DNA of 63,643 nt, filler included. It is 5 parts of 5 records of this genome, joined end to end, with 100 filler letters (N's around TTAATTAATTAA, not from the genome) between each part and the next. Parts side by side here need not be neighbours in the genome. Positions count along the whole stretch, not along the records: positions 12,710 to 43,632 come from DRR723986_10799; 4 more parts are not named here. One strand, given 5' to 3'. This document shows, piece after piece, positions 18,577 to 28,818 of this stretch. The translations under genes and the position numbers were made by a program. Every line of letters starts with the position of its first letter. Positions within the stretch are counted from its first letter, which is position 1. Below the pieces are notes generated by a model. It worked only from the letters and a program-made list of their open reading frames with translations. It had not been told where the DNA came from and searched no databases.

Positions 18577-20484
18577 TCAGGCCCGGCTGTTGATTTCACC
18601 CAGCAGGCGCTGAACGAATTGGTCAACAGGCAATGAGCCCAGGTTTTCATTGCCGCGCAAGCGCACGGCAACTTGGTTTGCATCACGTTCCGCATCGCCG
18701 ATTACAGCGATATACGGGGTTTTCTGCATCGTGTGCTCACGGATTTTACGATTGATCTTTTCATTACGCAAATCCGCCTCCACTCTAATGCCTTGTTTTT
18801 TCAACATTTGCACCACATTGTGGGCGTATTCATTGTGCGCCTCGGTGATGGTGGCCACCACCACTTGCACGGGCGACAGCCACAAGGGCATGGCACCTGC
18901 ATGGTTTTCAATCAAAATGCCGATGAATCGTTCCATAGAGCCCACAATGGCGCGGTGAAGCATTACAGGTACGCGGCGGCTGTTGTCCTCAGCCACGTAT
19001 TCAGCACCCAAACGACCAGGCAACTGAAAATCAACCTGAATGGTACCGCACTGCCATGAGCGGCCAATTGAGTCTTTCATGTGGTATTCAATCTTGGGTC
19101 CATAGAAGGCGCCTTCGCCTGGCAACTCAGTCCACTGAACACCACACGCCTTCAAGGCTGCTCGCAAAGAATCCTCTGCCTTGTCCCAGGTCTCGTCAGT
19201 ACCCAAACGAGCCTCGGGGCGCAAAGCCAACTTCACATTGATTTCGTTGAAACCAAAGTCGGCGTAAACCTGCATGGCCACCTGGTTAAACCGGGTAACC
19301 TCTTCCTGAACCTGATCTTCGGTACAGAAAATATGGCCATCGTCTTGCGTGAAACCGCGCACACGCATAATGCCGTGCAAGGCACCCGAGCTTTCATTTC
19401 GGTGGCACGCACCGAATTCACCATAGCGCATGGGCAGGTCGCGGTAAGAACGCAAATCGCTCTTGAACACCTCAATGTGACCAGGACAGTTCATCGGCTT
19501 TAACGCATAGTCGCGCTTTTCCGATTCAGTGGTGAACATGTTTTCTTTGTAGTTCTCCCAGTGGCCCGACTTTTCCCACAACTTGCGGTCCAAAATTTGA
19601 GGGCAACGAATTTCCTGGTAACCACCATCTACGTACACCTTGCGCATGTACTGCTCAACCTGCTGCCACAAAGCCCAACCCTTGGGGTGCCAAAACACCA
19701 GGCCGGGGGCTTCATCTTGCATGTGGAACAAGTCCAGCTGTTTGCCCAGTTTGCGGTGGTCGCGCTTTTCAGCTTCTTCAAGGCGGTGCAGGTAAGCGGC
19801 CAGGTCCTCTTTCTTGGTCCAGGCTGTGCCATAAATACGCTGCAACATTTCATTGTTGGAATTGCCGCGCCAATAGGCACCAGCCACTTTCATCAACTTG
19901 AAGTGTTTCAGTTTGCCGGTATTGGGCACGTGAGGGCCACGGCACAGGTCAATGAACTTGCCTTCGCGGTATAGCGAAATATTTTCATTGCTTGGAATGC
20001 TGGCAATAATTTCGGCTTTGTAGTGTTCGCCCTGGTCTTTGAAAAATTGCACTGCGTCGTCACGCACCCATTCTTCGCGGGTCACCACTTCATCGAGCTT
20101 GGCCAGCTCGGTCATTTTCTTCTCGATCGCTTCCAGATCTTCAGGGGTGAAGGGGCGCTCGTAGGAAAAGTCGTAGTAAAACCCGTCTTCGATCACAGGG
20201 CCAATGGTGACCTGCGCAGAGGGGAACAATTCCTTCACGGCATAGGCAAGCAAGTGGGCTGTGGAATGGCGGATCATGTCCAGCCCTTCGTCGTCTTTTT
20301 CAGTGACGATAGACAGGGTGGCGTCGTTTTCAATGGTGTAAGAGGTGTCAACCAGCGTGCCGTTCACTGTACCGGCCAAGGCAGCCTTCGCCAAACCAGG
20401 GCCAATGCTGGCCGCCACTTGGGCGACTGTCACAGGGTGATCGAAAACACGTTCGGATCCGTCAGGCAGGCGGATTACTGGCAT
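18577..20484 (-). CDS. thrS: Threonine--tRNA ligase
   Basis: TGS domain [49 protein letters not shown]. Confidence 0.99.
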   Translation of the reverse strand: MPVIRLPDGSERVFDHPVTVAQVAASIGPGLAKAALAGTVNGTLVDTSYTIENDATLSIVTEKDDEGLDMIRHSTAHLLAYAVKELFPSAQVTIGPVIEDGFYYDFSYERPFTPEDLEAIEKKMTELAKLDEVVTREEWVRDDAVQFFKDQGEHYKAEIIASIPSNENISLYREGKFIDLCRGPHVPNTGKLKHFKLMKVAGAYWRGNSNNEMLQRIYGTAWTKKEDLAAYLHRLEEAEKRDHRKLGKQLDLFHMQDEAPGLVFWHPKGWALWQQVEQYMRKVYVDGGYQEIRCPQILDRKLWEKSGHWENYKENMFTTESEKRDYALKPMNCPGHIEVFKSDLRSYRDLPMRYGEFGACHRNESSGALHGIMRVRGFTQDDGHIFCTEDQVQEEVTRFNQVAMQVYADFGFNEINVKLALRPEARLGTDETWDKAEDSLRAALKACGVQWTELPGEGAFYGPKIEYHMKDSIGRSWQCGTIQVDFQLPGRLGAEYVAEDNSRRVPVMLHRAIVGSMERFIGILIENHAGAMPLWLSPVQVVVATITEAHNEYAHNVVQMLKKQGIRVEADLRNEKINRKIREHTMQKTPYIAVIGDAERDANQVAVRLRGNENLGSLPVDQFVQRLLGEINSRA

Positions 20485-20603
20485 AAGTACTTCCCTTACG
20501 ATTGAATGAGCTTGGATGAAATTCTTCGCAACCTTCTATTTTAGCCTTTTGAATGATGCCTGGTCATACAAAAGTGGCTGATTGCGGACAAAAGCTTGTC
20601 CAA

Positions 20604-20732
20604 TCAAACAATTTTGGGTTTGTGAATGCCTTCTTTGATGTCTTTTTTCACTTTCTTGGCTGCTTTCTTCTCTTTGGGAGTACTCAGCGCTTTCTTCTTG
20701 TCCATCTTGTTGCTTTTCTGCTCATGGCCCAT
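20604..20732 (-). CDS. 42-aa lysine-rich small protein (hypothetical)
   Basis: Manual translation MGHEQKSNKMDKKKALSTPKEKKAAKKVKKDIKEGIHKPKIV*; CAGGAG RBS 8 nt upstream; below ORF-track length cutoff. Confidence 0.75.
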   Translation of the reverse strand: MGHEQKSNKMDKKKALSTPKEKKAAKKVKKDIKEGIHKPKIV

Positions 20733-20835
20733 GTTGAACACTCCTGATTGTTTCAAGCGTACAAACGCAAACTTGATTCAGCCATTGTGCTACGGAAAGA
20801 GCAATCGCGACGGTTTAAATTGATTGGGGGAAGTT

Positions 20836-20912
<77 letters not shown>

Positions 20913-20926
20913 AAATAAGAGTGCGA

Positions 20927-20955
20927 AATATACACCAGTGCGCCTGCGGGGGCAA
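20927..20955 (-). promoter_or_regulatory. Putative sigma70 promoter of tRNA-Val
   Basis: Minus strand TTGCCC-N17-TATATT, 14 nt upstream of the tRNA 5' end. Confidence 0.65.
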
Positions 20956-21039
20956 GTCCAAACGCGCTTGACAAGATTTCTGACAAGAACTATTGTCATA
21001 TTCAATTTTTCAAATCCCCATCATCGACAAGGAAAACAG

Positions 21040-21309
21040 ATGGCCATTAAAGTCAGCCCCCAATCGTTTGAATCCATGCGCAAAGTCATGAACGGCTTCT
21101 GGATTGTGGTCCCAGCCTATCTGTTGATTAGCTTGGTGATGCCTTTCCTGTTGGTTTTGGCCGCCTTGTTACTGGTTGCACACACCCTGGAACTGCCAAT
21201 TGCATTCCTTCGACTGCGCGGCAAAAACCTGCCAACCATGGAAGTGGTGTCAAAAACCCTGCTTTACGGCTTTACCTGGTGGCTGCCGAAAAGCCTCGAA
21301 GCCAAATAA
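21040..21309 (+). CDS. Small membrane protein, DUF1145-like
   Basis: AAGGA RBS before ATG 21040; hydrophobic segments with HxLE and terminal LLYGFxWW pattern. Confidence 0.6.
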   Translation: MAIKVSPQSFESMRKVMNGFWIVVPAYLLISLVMPFLLVLAALLLVAHTLELPIAFLRLRGKNLPTMEVVSKTLLYGFTWWLPKSLEAK

Positions 21310-21343
21310 AACGAGTCACAAAACCCAAGAGATGGCGGCTTTT

Positions 21344-21383
21344 TTGTCAAAAAAGAGTCATATAACCGTCACAAGGTAGTCAA
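21344..21383 (+). promoter_or_regulatory. Pho box array (four PhoB half-sites)
   Basis: TTGTCAA-AAAA-GAGTCAT-ATAA-CCGTCAC-AAGG-TAGTCAA, 11-bp period, matches CTGTCAT-N4 consensus; TTTAAT -10 follows after 10 bp. Confidence 0.8.
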
Positions 21384-21430
21384 ATCGAGCGCGTTTAATG
21401 GGTGCCATGACAAGAACATGGACATTAAAA

Positions 21431-22348
21431 ATGCGCTCGAACCAGTTGAATTTCAAGCAGCAACTTGCCGAACAACTGTTTGCGAAAGCGACCACCGAAC
21501 CACACGCTGAGTCAACTGGTCAGCAATACCATTCTGAAGCTGACCCTGCCGCCGACGATCAGGGGTCAAACAAATACCGCACCATCTGGATTTCAGACAT
21601 TCACCTGGGTACACCCGGGTGCCAGGCTGACGCCCTGCTCCACTTCCTGAAACACAATGAAAGTGACACGCTTTACCTGGTGGGGGACATTATCGATGGC
21701 TGGCAGCTGCGAAAAAGCTGGTTCTGGCCACAAAGCCACAACGATGTCATTCAAAAGGTGTTGCGCAAGGCGCGCAAGGGCACGCAAGTGGTGTTTATTC
21801 CTGGTAACCACGATGAAGCCGCACGCCAGTTTGCAGGCATGACCTTCGGCGACATTCCGATTATGGAAAACGCCGTTCACGTGACTGCAGACGGTAAACG
21901 CCTGTGGGTGGTGCACGGTGATGAGTTTGATCAGGTGGTGCGCTACGCCAAGTGGCTGGCCTATCTCGGCGATACGTTGTACAACTTTGCGCTGACTTTG
22001 AACCGGGTGTTGAACAATATTCGAATCAAGCTGGGCTACCCGTATTGGTCACTGTCGCAGTTTCTGAAACAGCAAGTTAAAAATGCCGTGAACTTCATTC
22101 TTGAGTTCGAGCACGCTTTGATTCACGAAGCCAGGCATCGCGGCTACGACGGCGTGGTGTGTGGTCACATTCACAAAGCCGAAATTAAACACGTAGATGG
22201 TTTGCTGTACTGCAACGACGGCGATTGGGTGGAAAGCCTTACCGCGCTGGTTGAGCACCCCTGCGGAAAACTGGATATCGTGCATTGGCCACACCGTGAC
22301 CTGCCAGCCCGCAAACAAAAAGCGCTTGCGCACTCGTTAACGGAGTAA
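21431..22348 (+). CDS. plcP: PlcP-type phospholipase C (LpxH-like metallophosphoesterase); start uncertain (21398/21407/21431)
   Basis: ISDIHLG, LVGDIIDGW, WPQSHNDVIQKVLRKARKG, PGNHDE (GNHD rather than LpxH GNRD), VHGD, CGHIH, NDGDWVES; next to GT4 gene and Pho boxes. Confidence 0.82.
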   Translation: MRSNQLNFKQQLAEQLFAKATTEPHAESTGQQYHSEADPAADDQGSNKYRTIWISDIHLGTPGCQADALLHFLKHNESDTLYLVGDIIDGWQLRKSWFWPQSHNDVIQKVLRKARKGTQVVFIPGNHDEAARQFAGMTFGDIPIMENAVHVTADGKRLWVVHGDEFDQVVRYAKWLAYLGDTLYNFALTLNRVLNNIRIKLGYPYWSLSQFLKQQVKNAVNFILEFEHALIHEARHRGYDGVVCGHIHKAEIKHVDGLLYCNDGDWVESLTALVEHPCGKLDIVHWPHRDLPARKQKALAHSLTE

Positions 22349-22353
22349 GCAAC

Positions 22354-23493
22354 ATGCGAATTCTGATTGCAACCGACGCTTGGGCTCCGCAAGTCAACGG
22401 CGTGGTACAAACGCTAAGCCAAGTGGTAGCGCAACTGACTGCGAAAGGACACGATGTCAGGGTGATTCACCCGGGCTTGTTCAAGACAATACCCTGCCCC
22501 ACCTACCCGGAAATTCGATTGGCTCTTTGGCCATTCACCCGCCTGCGCAATGAGCTTGACCGATTCAAACCCCAGGCGGTGCACATTGTGACGGAAGGTC
22601 CAATCGGCCTGGCAATGCGTTTGCTGGCGCACGGTCGCAAACTTCCATTTACTACGGCGTACCACACTCAGTTCCCGGAGTACGTCAAAGCAAGGTCGGG
22701 TATCCCGATTCGCTTCACTGCCTCCCTGCTTCGCTGGTTTCACAAACCTTCCCGCGCTGTCATGGCGCCCACCATGTCAGTGATCGAAACGTTAAAGGGA
22801 CGCGGTTTGAATAATTGTGTGCTTTGGCAAAGGGGCGTGGATCTGAAACGCTTCAATCCGGAGCAATCCGCGGCCAGCAAGCACATGAGTTACAGCCCAC
22901 GGGACCTGCCCCATGACGACGCTCAACAGGTTGAGTTACTGCGCCGCTTGAATGAATGCAGCGTAGAGAAACCCGTGTTTTTGTACGCTGGTCGCGTCGC
23001 GGTGGAAAAAAATCTGGAGGCGTTTTTAAGCCTGGAGTTACCCGGCGAGAAGTGGATTGCTGGTGATGGACCTGCACGAAAGGCGCTCGAGAAGCAATAC
23101 CAAGAAGCCAAGTGGTTCGGAATGCTAAACCACGCAGCGCTTTCCGAGTTGTACAAACGAGCCGATGTTTTCGTGTTCCCAAGCATGACTGATACCTTTG
23201 GATTGGTGTTGCTCGAAGCCATGGCCAGTGGCTGTCCCGTCGCCGCGTTTCCTGTCAACGGCCCCCTGGATGTAGTTGGTACTTCCGGCGCAGGCGTGCT
23301 GGACTGGAACTTGAAAACCGCTGCCATGGCCGCATTGAAAATTGAACGAGACGTTCCTTTGAAACATGCCAGCACCTTTACTTGGGAAAACTGCGCTGAA
23401 CAATTCCAAGGCTACCTGGCACCAATCGGCTTGACCACCACTGCACCCAAGAAGTTGTCGGCCAACGCCAAGCCTTTGTCTAACCGTCCCTGA
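22354..23493 (+). CDS. agt: GT4 glycosyltransferase, Agt-like diacylglycerol glycosyltransferase
   Basis: TDAWAPQVNGVV, PCPTYPEIRL, TEGPIG, YHTQFPEY, GRVAVEKN, FPSMTDTFGLVLLEAMASG; 5 nt after plcP. Confidence 0.8.
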   Translation: MRILIATDAWAPQVNGVVQTLSQVVAQLTAKGHDVRVIHPGLFKTIPCPTYPEIRLALWPFTRLRNELDRFKPQAVHIVTEGPIGLAMRLLAHGRKLPFTTAYHTQFPEYVKARSGIPIRFTASLLRWFHKPSRAVMAPTMSVIETLKGRGLNNCVLWQRGVDLKRFNPEQSAASKHMSYSPRDLPHDDAQQVELLRRLNECSVEKPVFLYAGRVAVEKNLEAFLSLELPGEKWIAGDGPARKALEKQYQEAKWFGMLNHAALSELYKRADVFVFPSMTDTFGLVLLEAMASGCPVAAFPVNGPLDVVGTSGAGVLDWNLKTAAMAALKIERDVPLKHASTFTWENCAEQFQGYLAPIGLTTTAPKKLSANAKPLSNRP

Positions 23494-23582
23494 AGTCGAA
23501 TGCCCTGTGAATTGCCTATAATAGGCCCTAAATAATAGGCACTAAGTGAAAACTCACAACTCATTCTCAGGAGCAATACAAA

Positions 23583-24368
23583 TTGGGATTCCTAGCCGGT
23601 AAAAAAATTCTCATCACAGGCCTTTTGTCAAACCGTTCAATCGCTTACGGTATTGCAAAGGCCTGCCATGCGCAGGGCGCAGAACTGGCCTTCACCTACC
23701 AAACCGAGCGCTTTCTTGACCGGGTTACGGACATGGCCGCCGAGTTTGATTCCAAACTGGTGTTTCCCCTGGATGTTGCCGAGGATACTCAGATTGAAAA
23801 CCTGTTCACTGAACTGGCCAAGCATTGGGACGGTCTGGACGGTTTGGTGCATGCCATTGGCTTTGCCCCGCGCGAAGCGATTGCAGGTGACTTTCTGGAA
23901 GGCATTTCACGCGAAGCCTTCCGCATTGCGCACGACATTTCAGCCTACAGTTTCCCGGCGCTGGCCAAAGCCGCTTACCCCATGATGCTGGGACGTGAAG
24001 GAGCCTTGCTGACTTTGAGCTACCTTGGGTCGGTTCGCATGGTGCCCAACTACAACACCATGGGCTTGGCCAAAGCATCACTGGAAGCATCGGTTCGCTA
24101 CCTGGCTGAATCACTGGGTCCCAAAGGTATTCGAGTCAACGGTATTTCAGCGGGCCCCATCAAGACACTGGCTGCCGCGGGGATTAAAGGTTTCAGCAAA
24201 ATTTTGCACGCCGTTGAGGAAGCTGCACCCCTGCGCCGAAACGTGACGATTGACGATGTAGGTAACACTGCCGCATTCATGCTTTCCGATTTGGCGCGTG
24301 GCATTACTGCTGAAATTACCTATGTGGATGCAGGCTACAGCACAGTGGTAGGCGGCATGGCAGAATAA
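23583..24368 (+). CDS. fabI: Enoyl-ACP reductase (NADH), TTG start
   Basis: [51 protein letters not shown]. Confidence 0.97.
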   Translation: MGFLAGKKILITGLLSNRSIAYGIAKACHAQGAELAFTYQTERFLDRVTDMAAEFDSKLVFPLDVAEDTQIENLFTELAKHWDGLDGLVHAIGFAPREAIAGDFLEGISREAFRIAHDISAYSFPALAKAAYPMMLGREGALLTLSYLGSVRMVPNYNTMGLAKASLEASVRYLAESLGPKGIRVNGISAGPIKTLAAAGIKGFSKILHAVEEAAPLRRNVTIDDVGNTAAFMLSDLARGITAEITYVDAGYSTVVGGMAE

Positions 24369-24411
24369 GGAATCGATTCCTTAAACGTTTCACCACAAGG
24401 CGGTAATTCGG

Positions 24412-25131
24412 GTGAACCAACAGCAAACAAGTTCAACAACCCTCGCAGTGGCGGGGGTTTCAAAAACCCTCGGTGGCGTTAAGCTGTTCACCGACGTCAG
24501 TCTTCAATTGCAACAGGGGCAGTCTCTTGCCGTGATCGGTGAATCGGGGTCAGGTAAATCCACCCTGCTTCATTTAATGGCCGGGCTGGACAAACCTGAC
24601 ACTGGCGAGGTGTATTGGGCAGGCACTGCCATTCACACCCTGAACACCGATCAAATTTCAGCGCGACGACTTCGTCACGTAGGGCTGGTTTTTCAAGCCT
24701 ACTACCTCATGCCGCATTTGACTGCGCAACAAAACGTTGAATTGCCTTTTCTGTTGGCTGGAGAAGAACCCAATCATGCGCGGTGCTCGCAACTGCTGGA
24801 TCAGGTGGGAATGAGTCATAAATCCACAAGCTACCCGCGCGAAATGTCTGGCGGAGAACAACAGCGTGTTGCGATTGCGCGTGCACTGGCACTAAACCCG
24901 CCATTGATACTTGCAGATGAACCGACTGGCAACCTAGACGAGGACAACGCCGAGCGGGTGTTGCGGGTGTTGCTTGACGCATGTTCAGCACAGGGATGCG
25001 CCTTGGTCATGGTGACCCATTCCGTCAAAGCTGCCAGTCATTTGAATCATCGCCTGAATTTGGCCGACCACCATTTGGCCGAAATAAGCAAAATTGACAA
25101 TGTGGCAGCCCATGCGGCCAACAAGGCCTGA
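24412..25131 (+). CDS. ABC transporter ATP-binding protein (LolD/AttE-like)
   Basis: GESGSGKST, MSGGEQQRVAIARAL, LADEPTGNLD, VTH. Confidence 0.92.
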   Translation: MNQQQTSSTTLAVAGVSKTLGGVKLFTDVSLQLQQGQSLAVIGESGSGKSTLLHLMAGLDKPDTGEVYWAGTAIHTLNTDQISARRLRHVGLVFQAYYLMPHLTAQQNVELPFLLAGEEPNHARCSQLLDQVGMSHKSTSYPREMSGGEQQRVAIARALALNPPLILADEPTGNLDEDNAERVLRVLLDACSAQGCALVMVTHSVKAASHLNHRLNLADHHLAEISKIDNVAAHAANKA

Positions 25132-25134
25132 ACC

Positions 25135-27693
25135 ATGGTATTGCCCCCAAGCCTGGCTTTAAAGCTGCAACTGTTTGCCGGCGCCTTGCGTGATCAACCA
25201 GTGAAATGGCTGATCGCTACCATATCGATTGCAGTCGGTGTGGGGCTGGGTTTTGCCGTGCATCTTATTCACAAGCAGGCGCTTGACCAGTTCAACAACG
25301 GGGTACGCCAATTCTCCGGGCAAGCGGACTTGCAGTTGTTACCGCACAGCGCTCTACTGCCCGAGCACACACTTGAGCGGCTTGCCGCGTTGCCCGAAGT
25401 GGCTGTGGCCTCCCCGGTAATCGACATCAACATCGCAGTGCAGGGTTTTGACAAACCTGTGCGCTGGCTAGGGTTGGATGTATTCACAGCCGCGGCGGTC
25501 ACGCCCAACTTGATTGGGCAAAACAGTGATGAAACAAACGACGCCGCGCAACAAGGCGAAATTCCCTTGCTAGGCACAACTTACGTGTTCGTTAGCCCGG
25601 CTTTAAAGGAACTGATGCCCAGCGAACAATATACGCTAACCACGCAACACAACAACAGGAGCCAAGCATGGGAGATCGCAGGCACAGTGCCTGCCGCGGG
25701 TAGCGGGCAAATTCTTGCCGTGGCCGACATTGCCGCCGTGCAGTGGCGTCTGGGAACTCTGGGGCAAATTTCCCGGATCGATTTAAAACTTCAGGAGGGC
25801 GTGACCCCAGCCAGTTTTCAACGGCAATATGGCAACGAGTTTGCTGAATTGGGTCGTCTTGAAACGCCCAGTGAACAAGGCACACGAGGAGCCAGTGTCT
25901 CACAAGCCTATCGCGCCAACCTGTCCATTCTGGCGATGGTGGCCCTGCTCACGGGCGGCTTCTTGACTTTCTCGACGCAAATGCTGGCGGTGGCACAACG
26001 GTCTCGTCAGTGGGCACTGCTGGCGGCTTTGGGCGCGCGCAGCGGCGCCCTGCGCATTCAAGTGTTGTTTGAATCAATGTGCTGCGGTTTGGTGGGTGGC
26101 GTGTTGGGCGTAGGCCTGGGCTGGGGCTTGTCGCTGGCTGTGGTCCGTTATTTGGGTGTTGATCTGGGGGCTGGCTATTTTCAAACTACACAAGGCACGG
26201 TGGCCCTGCCCCTTCTGGATACCCTTTTATTTGCGGGATTTGGCGTGGTGGCTACCCTGTTGGGTGGATTATCACCTGCCTTGCAAACCGGCCAAATGGC
26301 TTTGCACCAACGACTGCGTGCGGGCACGGAGGAAGCTGGCCTTCAGTTTGCCAACAAAGCGCATTGGGTTGGGTTGCTCCTGTGCGGGGTAGCCGCTGTT
26401 TGCTTGTTCATACCACCTTACGGCAATATTCCCGTGGGGGGCTATCTGGCTGTGGCCTTTGGTTTGTTTGGTGGCATCGCCATGATTGGCGTGGTGGTTC
26501 GTGCCCTGATCAGACCGCCCACCCAGCTAAGGGAAGTAGCGGATCTTGCCAAATCGCGTCTGGCCAGTACTCCGAATTTACTGGCGGTGGGCCTGTCCGG
26601 CGTGGTTGCGAGTTTTGCTTTGGTGGTGGCGATGCATGTGATGATCTACAGCTTTCGCCATTCACTTGACCAATGGCTTACCCAAGTATTGCCCGCCCCG
26701 CTGTACGTAAAACTGAACAACGCAAGCATTCCGGTATTTCCGGATGCCTTTCAGAAAAAAGTGGCTGAACTACCTGGTGTAGATTTGGTTGAATTTTGGG
26801 GCCAACAGGCCATTGTGCTTGATCCAAAAAGGCCTGCCGTTGAACTGATTGCCCGGCCCATTTCAGTTCAGGCTGCCGCACAGCGCCTGCCCATGACCGG
26901 AAATACAATCGATGAGCCCAAAGTCGGCACATTGCCAGTGTGGGTCAGTGAACCCATGACGGATTTGTATGGCCTGCAGGCGGGCAGCACCCTAGAACTG
27001 CAACTTGACCAAGGCGTGCGAGTGCCCACCACGGTGATGGGCGTGTGGCGCGATTACACACGCCAACACGGTGCGATTGTTTTACCCAAGGCGGAGTTGC
27101 TGGAGCAATTCAATGTGCAGTTCAAAGACACACAAGGCGCCATCTGGCCTCAACAGAATATCCCCGTCAAAGACATGGTTGCTCGAATTGAACAAGCAGC
27201 CAATACCTCCCCCATCGCCGAGAAAATAGACTTTGCAGAGCCAGGTGAAATTCGACAACTGAGTCTGGATATTTTTGATCGAAGCTTTGCTGTGACTTAC
27301 CTGCTTGAAATTGCGGCCGTGGTGATTGGTCTGTTCGGTGTGGGCACCACGTTTTCTGCAATGGCCTTGCAGCGTAAACGGGAATTCGCATTGCTCGGTG
27401 CCATGGGTGCTAGCCCCCGCTGGGTCTTGAAACTGATTGCGCGTGAAGCATTGATTGCATCACTGGTGGCCGCTTTGGTCGGGTTGACAATTGGACTGGC
27501 CTTTGCGGCCATTCTGATTTTTGTGGTGAACCCGCAATCGTTTCACTGGACCATGGAATGGTTCACGCCTTGGCGAGACCTGTGCCTGATGGTTTCCGTG
27601 CTGGTTGCCATGAGCACCGCCACAGTGACGCTGGCTCTGCGAGACAAACTGGGTACTCGCTTGGTCGAGCAATTGAAAGAGGATTGGGCATGA
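25135..27693 (+). CDS. Tandem FtsX/MacB-like ABC permease (AttF/G-like)
   Basis: Two TM-periplasmic-3TM repeats; QRKREFALLGAMGA; VVNPQSFHWTM. Confidence 0.88.
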   Translation: MVLPPSLALKLQLFAGALRDQPVKWLIATISIAVGVGLGFAVHLIHKQALDQFNNGVRQFSGQADLQLLPHSALLPEHTLERLAALPEVAVASPVIDINIAVQGFDKPVRWLGLDVFTAAAVTPNLIGQNSDETNDAAQQGEIPLLGTTYVFVSPALKELMPSEQYTLTTQHNNRSQAWEIAGTVPAAGSGQILAVADIAAVQWRLGTLGQISRIDLKLQEGVTPASFQRQYGNEFAELGRLETPSEQGTRGASVSQAYRANLSILAMVALLTGGFLTFSTQMLAVAQRSRQWALLAALGARSGALRIQVLFESMCCGLVGGVLGVGLGWGLSLAVVRYLGVDLGAGYFQTTQGTVALPLLDTLLFAGFGVVATLLGGLSPALQTGQMALHQRLRAGTEEAGLQFANKAHWVGLLLCGVAAVCLFIPPYGNIPVGGYLAVAFGLFGGIAMIGVVVRALIRPPTQLREVADLAKSRLASTPNLLAVGLSGVVASFALVVAMHVMIYSFRHSLDQWLTQVLPAPLYVKLNNASIPVFPDAFQKKVAELPGVDLVEFWGQQAIVLDPKRPAVELIARPISVQAAAQRLPMTGNTIDEPKVGTLPVWVSEPMTDLYGLQAGSTLELQLDQGVRVPTTVMGVWRDYTRQHGAIVLPKAELLEQFNVQFKDTQGAIWPQQNIPVKDMVARIEQAANTSPIAEKIDFAEPGEIRQLSLDIFDRSFAVTYLLEIAAVVIGLFGVGTTFSAMALQRKREFALLGAMGASPRWVLKLIAREALIASLVAALVGLTIGLAFAAILIFVVNPQSFHWTMEWFTPWRDLCLMVSVLVAMSTATVTLALRDKLGTRLVEQLKEDWA

Positions 27694-28799
27694 AGCGCCG
27701 GGATGTGTTGAAAGTCGGCTTGGGTCTCCCCCTTCTATCCCATGCAGGTATTGCGCTGGCTGAAGCAGGTATGCAGCGCGTGTATGCCCAACCGAATGCA
27801 GGCATACCGACCACCCTGCCCCGAGACCACGGCGCACACCCTGCATTCCGAACCGAGTGGTGGTACTTCACAGGCTGGTTTGAGAGCCCGGAATTGGGCG
27901 AACCTTTGGGTGTGCAAATCACCTTCTTTAGATCGGCACCCAATGTGAATGTATTAAACCCCAGCGCTTTTTCTCCAAAGCAGTTGTTATTTGCCCATGC
28001 TGCGGTGGCTATGCACTCTGCGGGCAAACTTAAACACGACCAAATCATTCGTCGCGCAGGCAGCGGCGGTGCCTCGATTCAAAGTTCAACCCAACAGGTA
28101 TTGAACATCCAAATGCCTGGCTGGCAATTACAAACCGCGCAAGGCGAGCAGTGGCAATGCAAAATTAACACCCCTCAATTGGCTATCGACTTGCGCATGG
28201 AACAAACACAGGTACCGTGGATGCAAGGCCAGGGCGGCTATTCTCAGAAGGGACCTAAACCCGAACAATCGAGCTATTACATCACCATGCCCCACATGCG
28301 CAGCAGCGGCACAGTTCGCGTGGAGAACAAAACATTGCCAGTGCAAGGCAGCTTCTGGATGGACCACGAATGGTCAAGCACCGTGCTGGCCCCAAATGCA
28401 CAAGGTTGGGACTGGGTAGGTTTGCACGGCAGCCGAGGCGAAGCCTTGATGGCATTCCAAATCCGCGATCGCGACAGTAGCAAAGCACCGGTGTGGACTC
28501 ATGCTGCTCTTCGACATGCAGATGGTAGTGTGCGAAATTTCAGCCAGGTGAAATTTGAGGTGTTGAAACGCTGGAAGTCAACCCGCACTGGCATTGAATA
28601 CCCTGTCTCCCAAACGCTTGTGCTTGACGACCAGCGCTTTGAACTTCTACCCCTGTTCGATGATCAGGAACTGGACGCGCGAGCCAGCACCGGCACGCTG
28701 TATTGGGAAGGCGCGGTGCATGTGAAAAGCGCCAGTGGTTCACCTTGGGGGCGCGGCTACCTGGAAATGACGGGGTATGATCGCCCCATGCAACTCTAA
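27690..28799 (+). CDS. AttH/CrtC-like lipocalin-fold secreted protein with Tat signal
   Basis: MKRRDVLK twin-arginine signal; PRDHGAHPAFRTEWWYFTG, WMDHEWS, GWDW, YWEGAV, GYLEMTGY; ATGA overlap with permease. Confidence 0.88.
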   Translation: MKRRDVLKVGLGLPLLSHAGIALAEAGMQRVYAQPNAGIPTTLPRDHGAHPAFRTEWWYFTGWFESPELGEPLGVQITFFRSAPNVNVLNPSAFSPKQLLFAHAAVAMHSAGKLKHDQIIRRAGSGGASIQSSTQQVLNIQMPGWQLQTAQGEQWQCKINTPQLAIDLRMEQTQVPWMQGQGGYSQKGPKPEQSSYYITMPHMRSSGTVRVENKTLPVQGSFWMDHEWSSTVLAPNAQGWDWVGLHGSRGEALMAFQIRDRDSSKAPVWTHAALRHADGSVRNFSQVKFEVLKRWKSTRTGIEYPVSQTLVLDDQRFELLPLFDDQELDARASTGTLYWEGAVHVKSASGSPWGRGYLEMTGYDRPMQL

Positions 28800-28818
28800 G
28801 CCACTTACCACTCACCGA

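Noticed and set aside
20485-20603. tRNA-Thr-mimicking thrS operator
   Set aside because: A CGT lies near the SD but I could not build a convincing anticodon-like stem around it.
21398-22348. Calling this gene lpxH (lipid A biosynthesis)
   Set aside because: GNHD motif, GT4 neighbour and Pho boxes fit PlcP better.
27690-28799. Carotenoid 1,2-hydratase (crtC) call
   Set aside because: No crt genes nearby; Tat signal and ABC coupling indicate the AttH-like branch.
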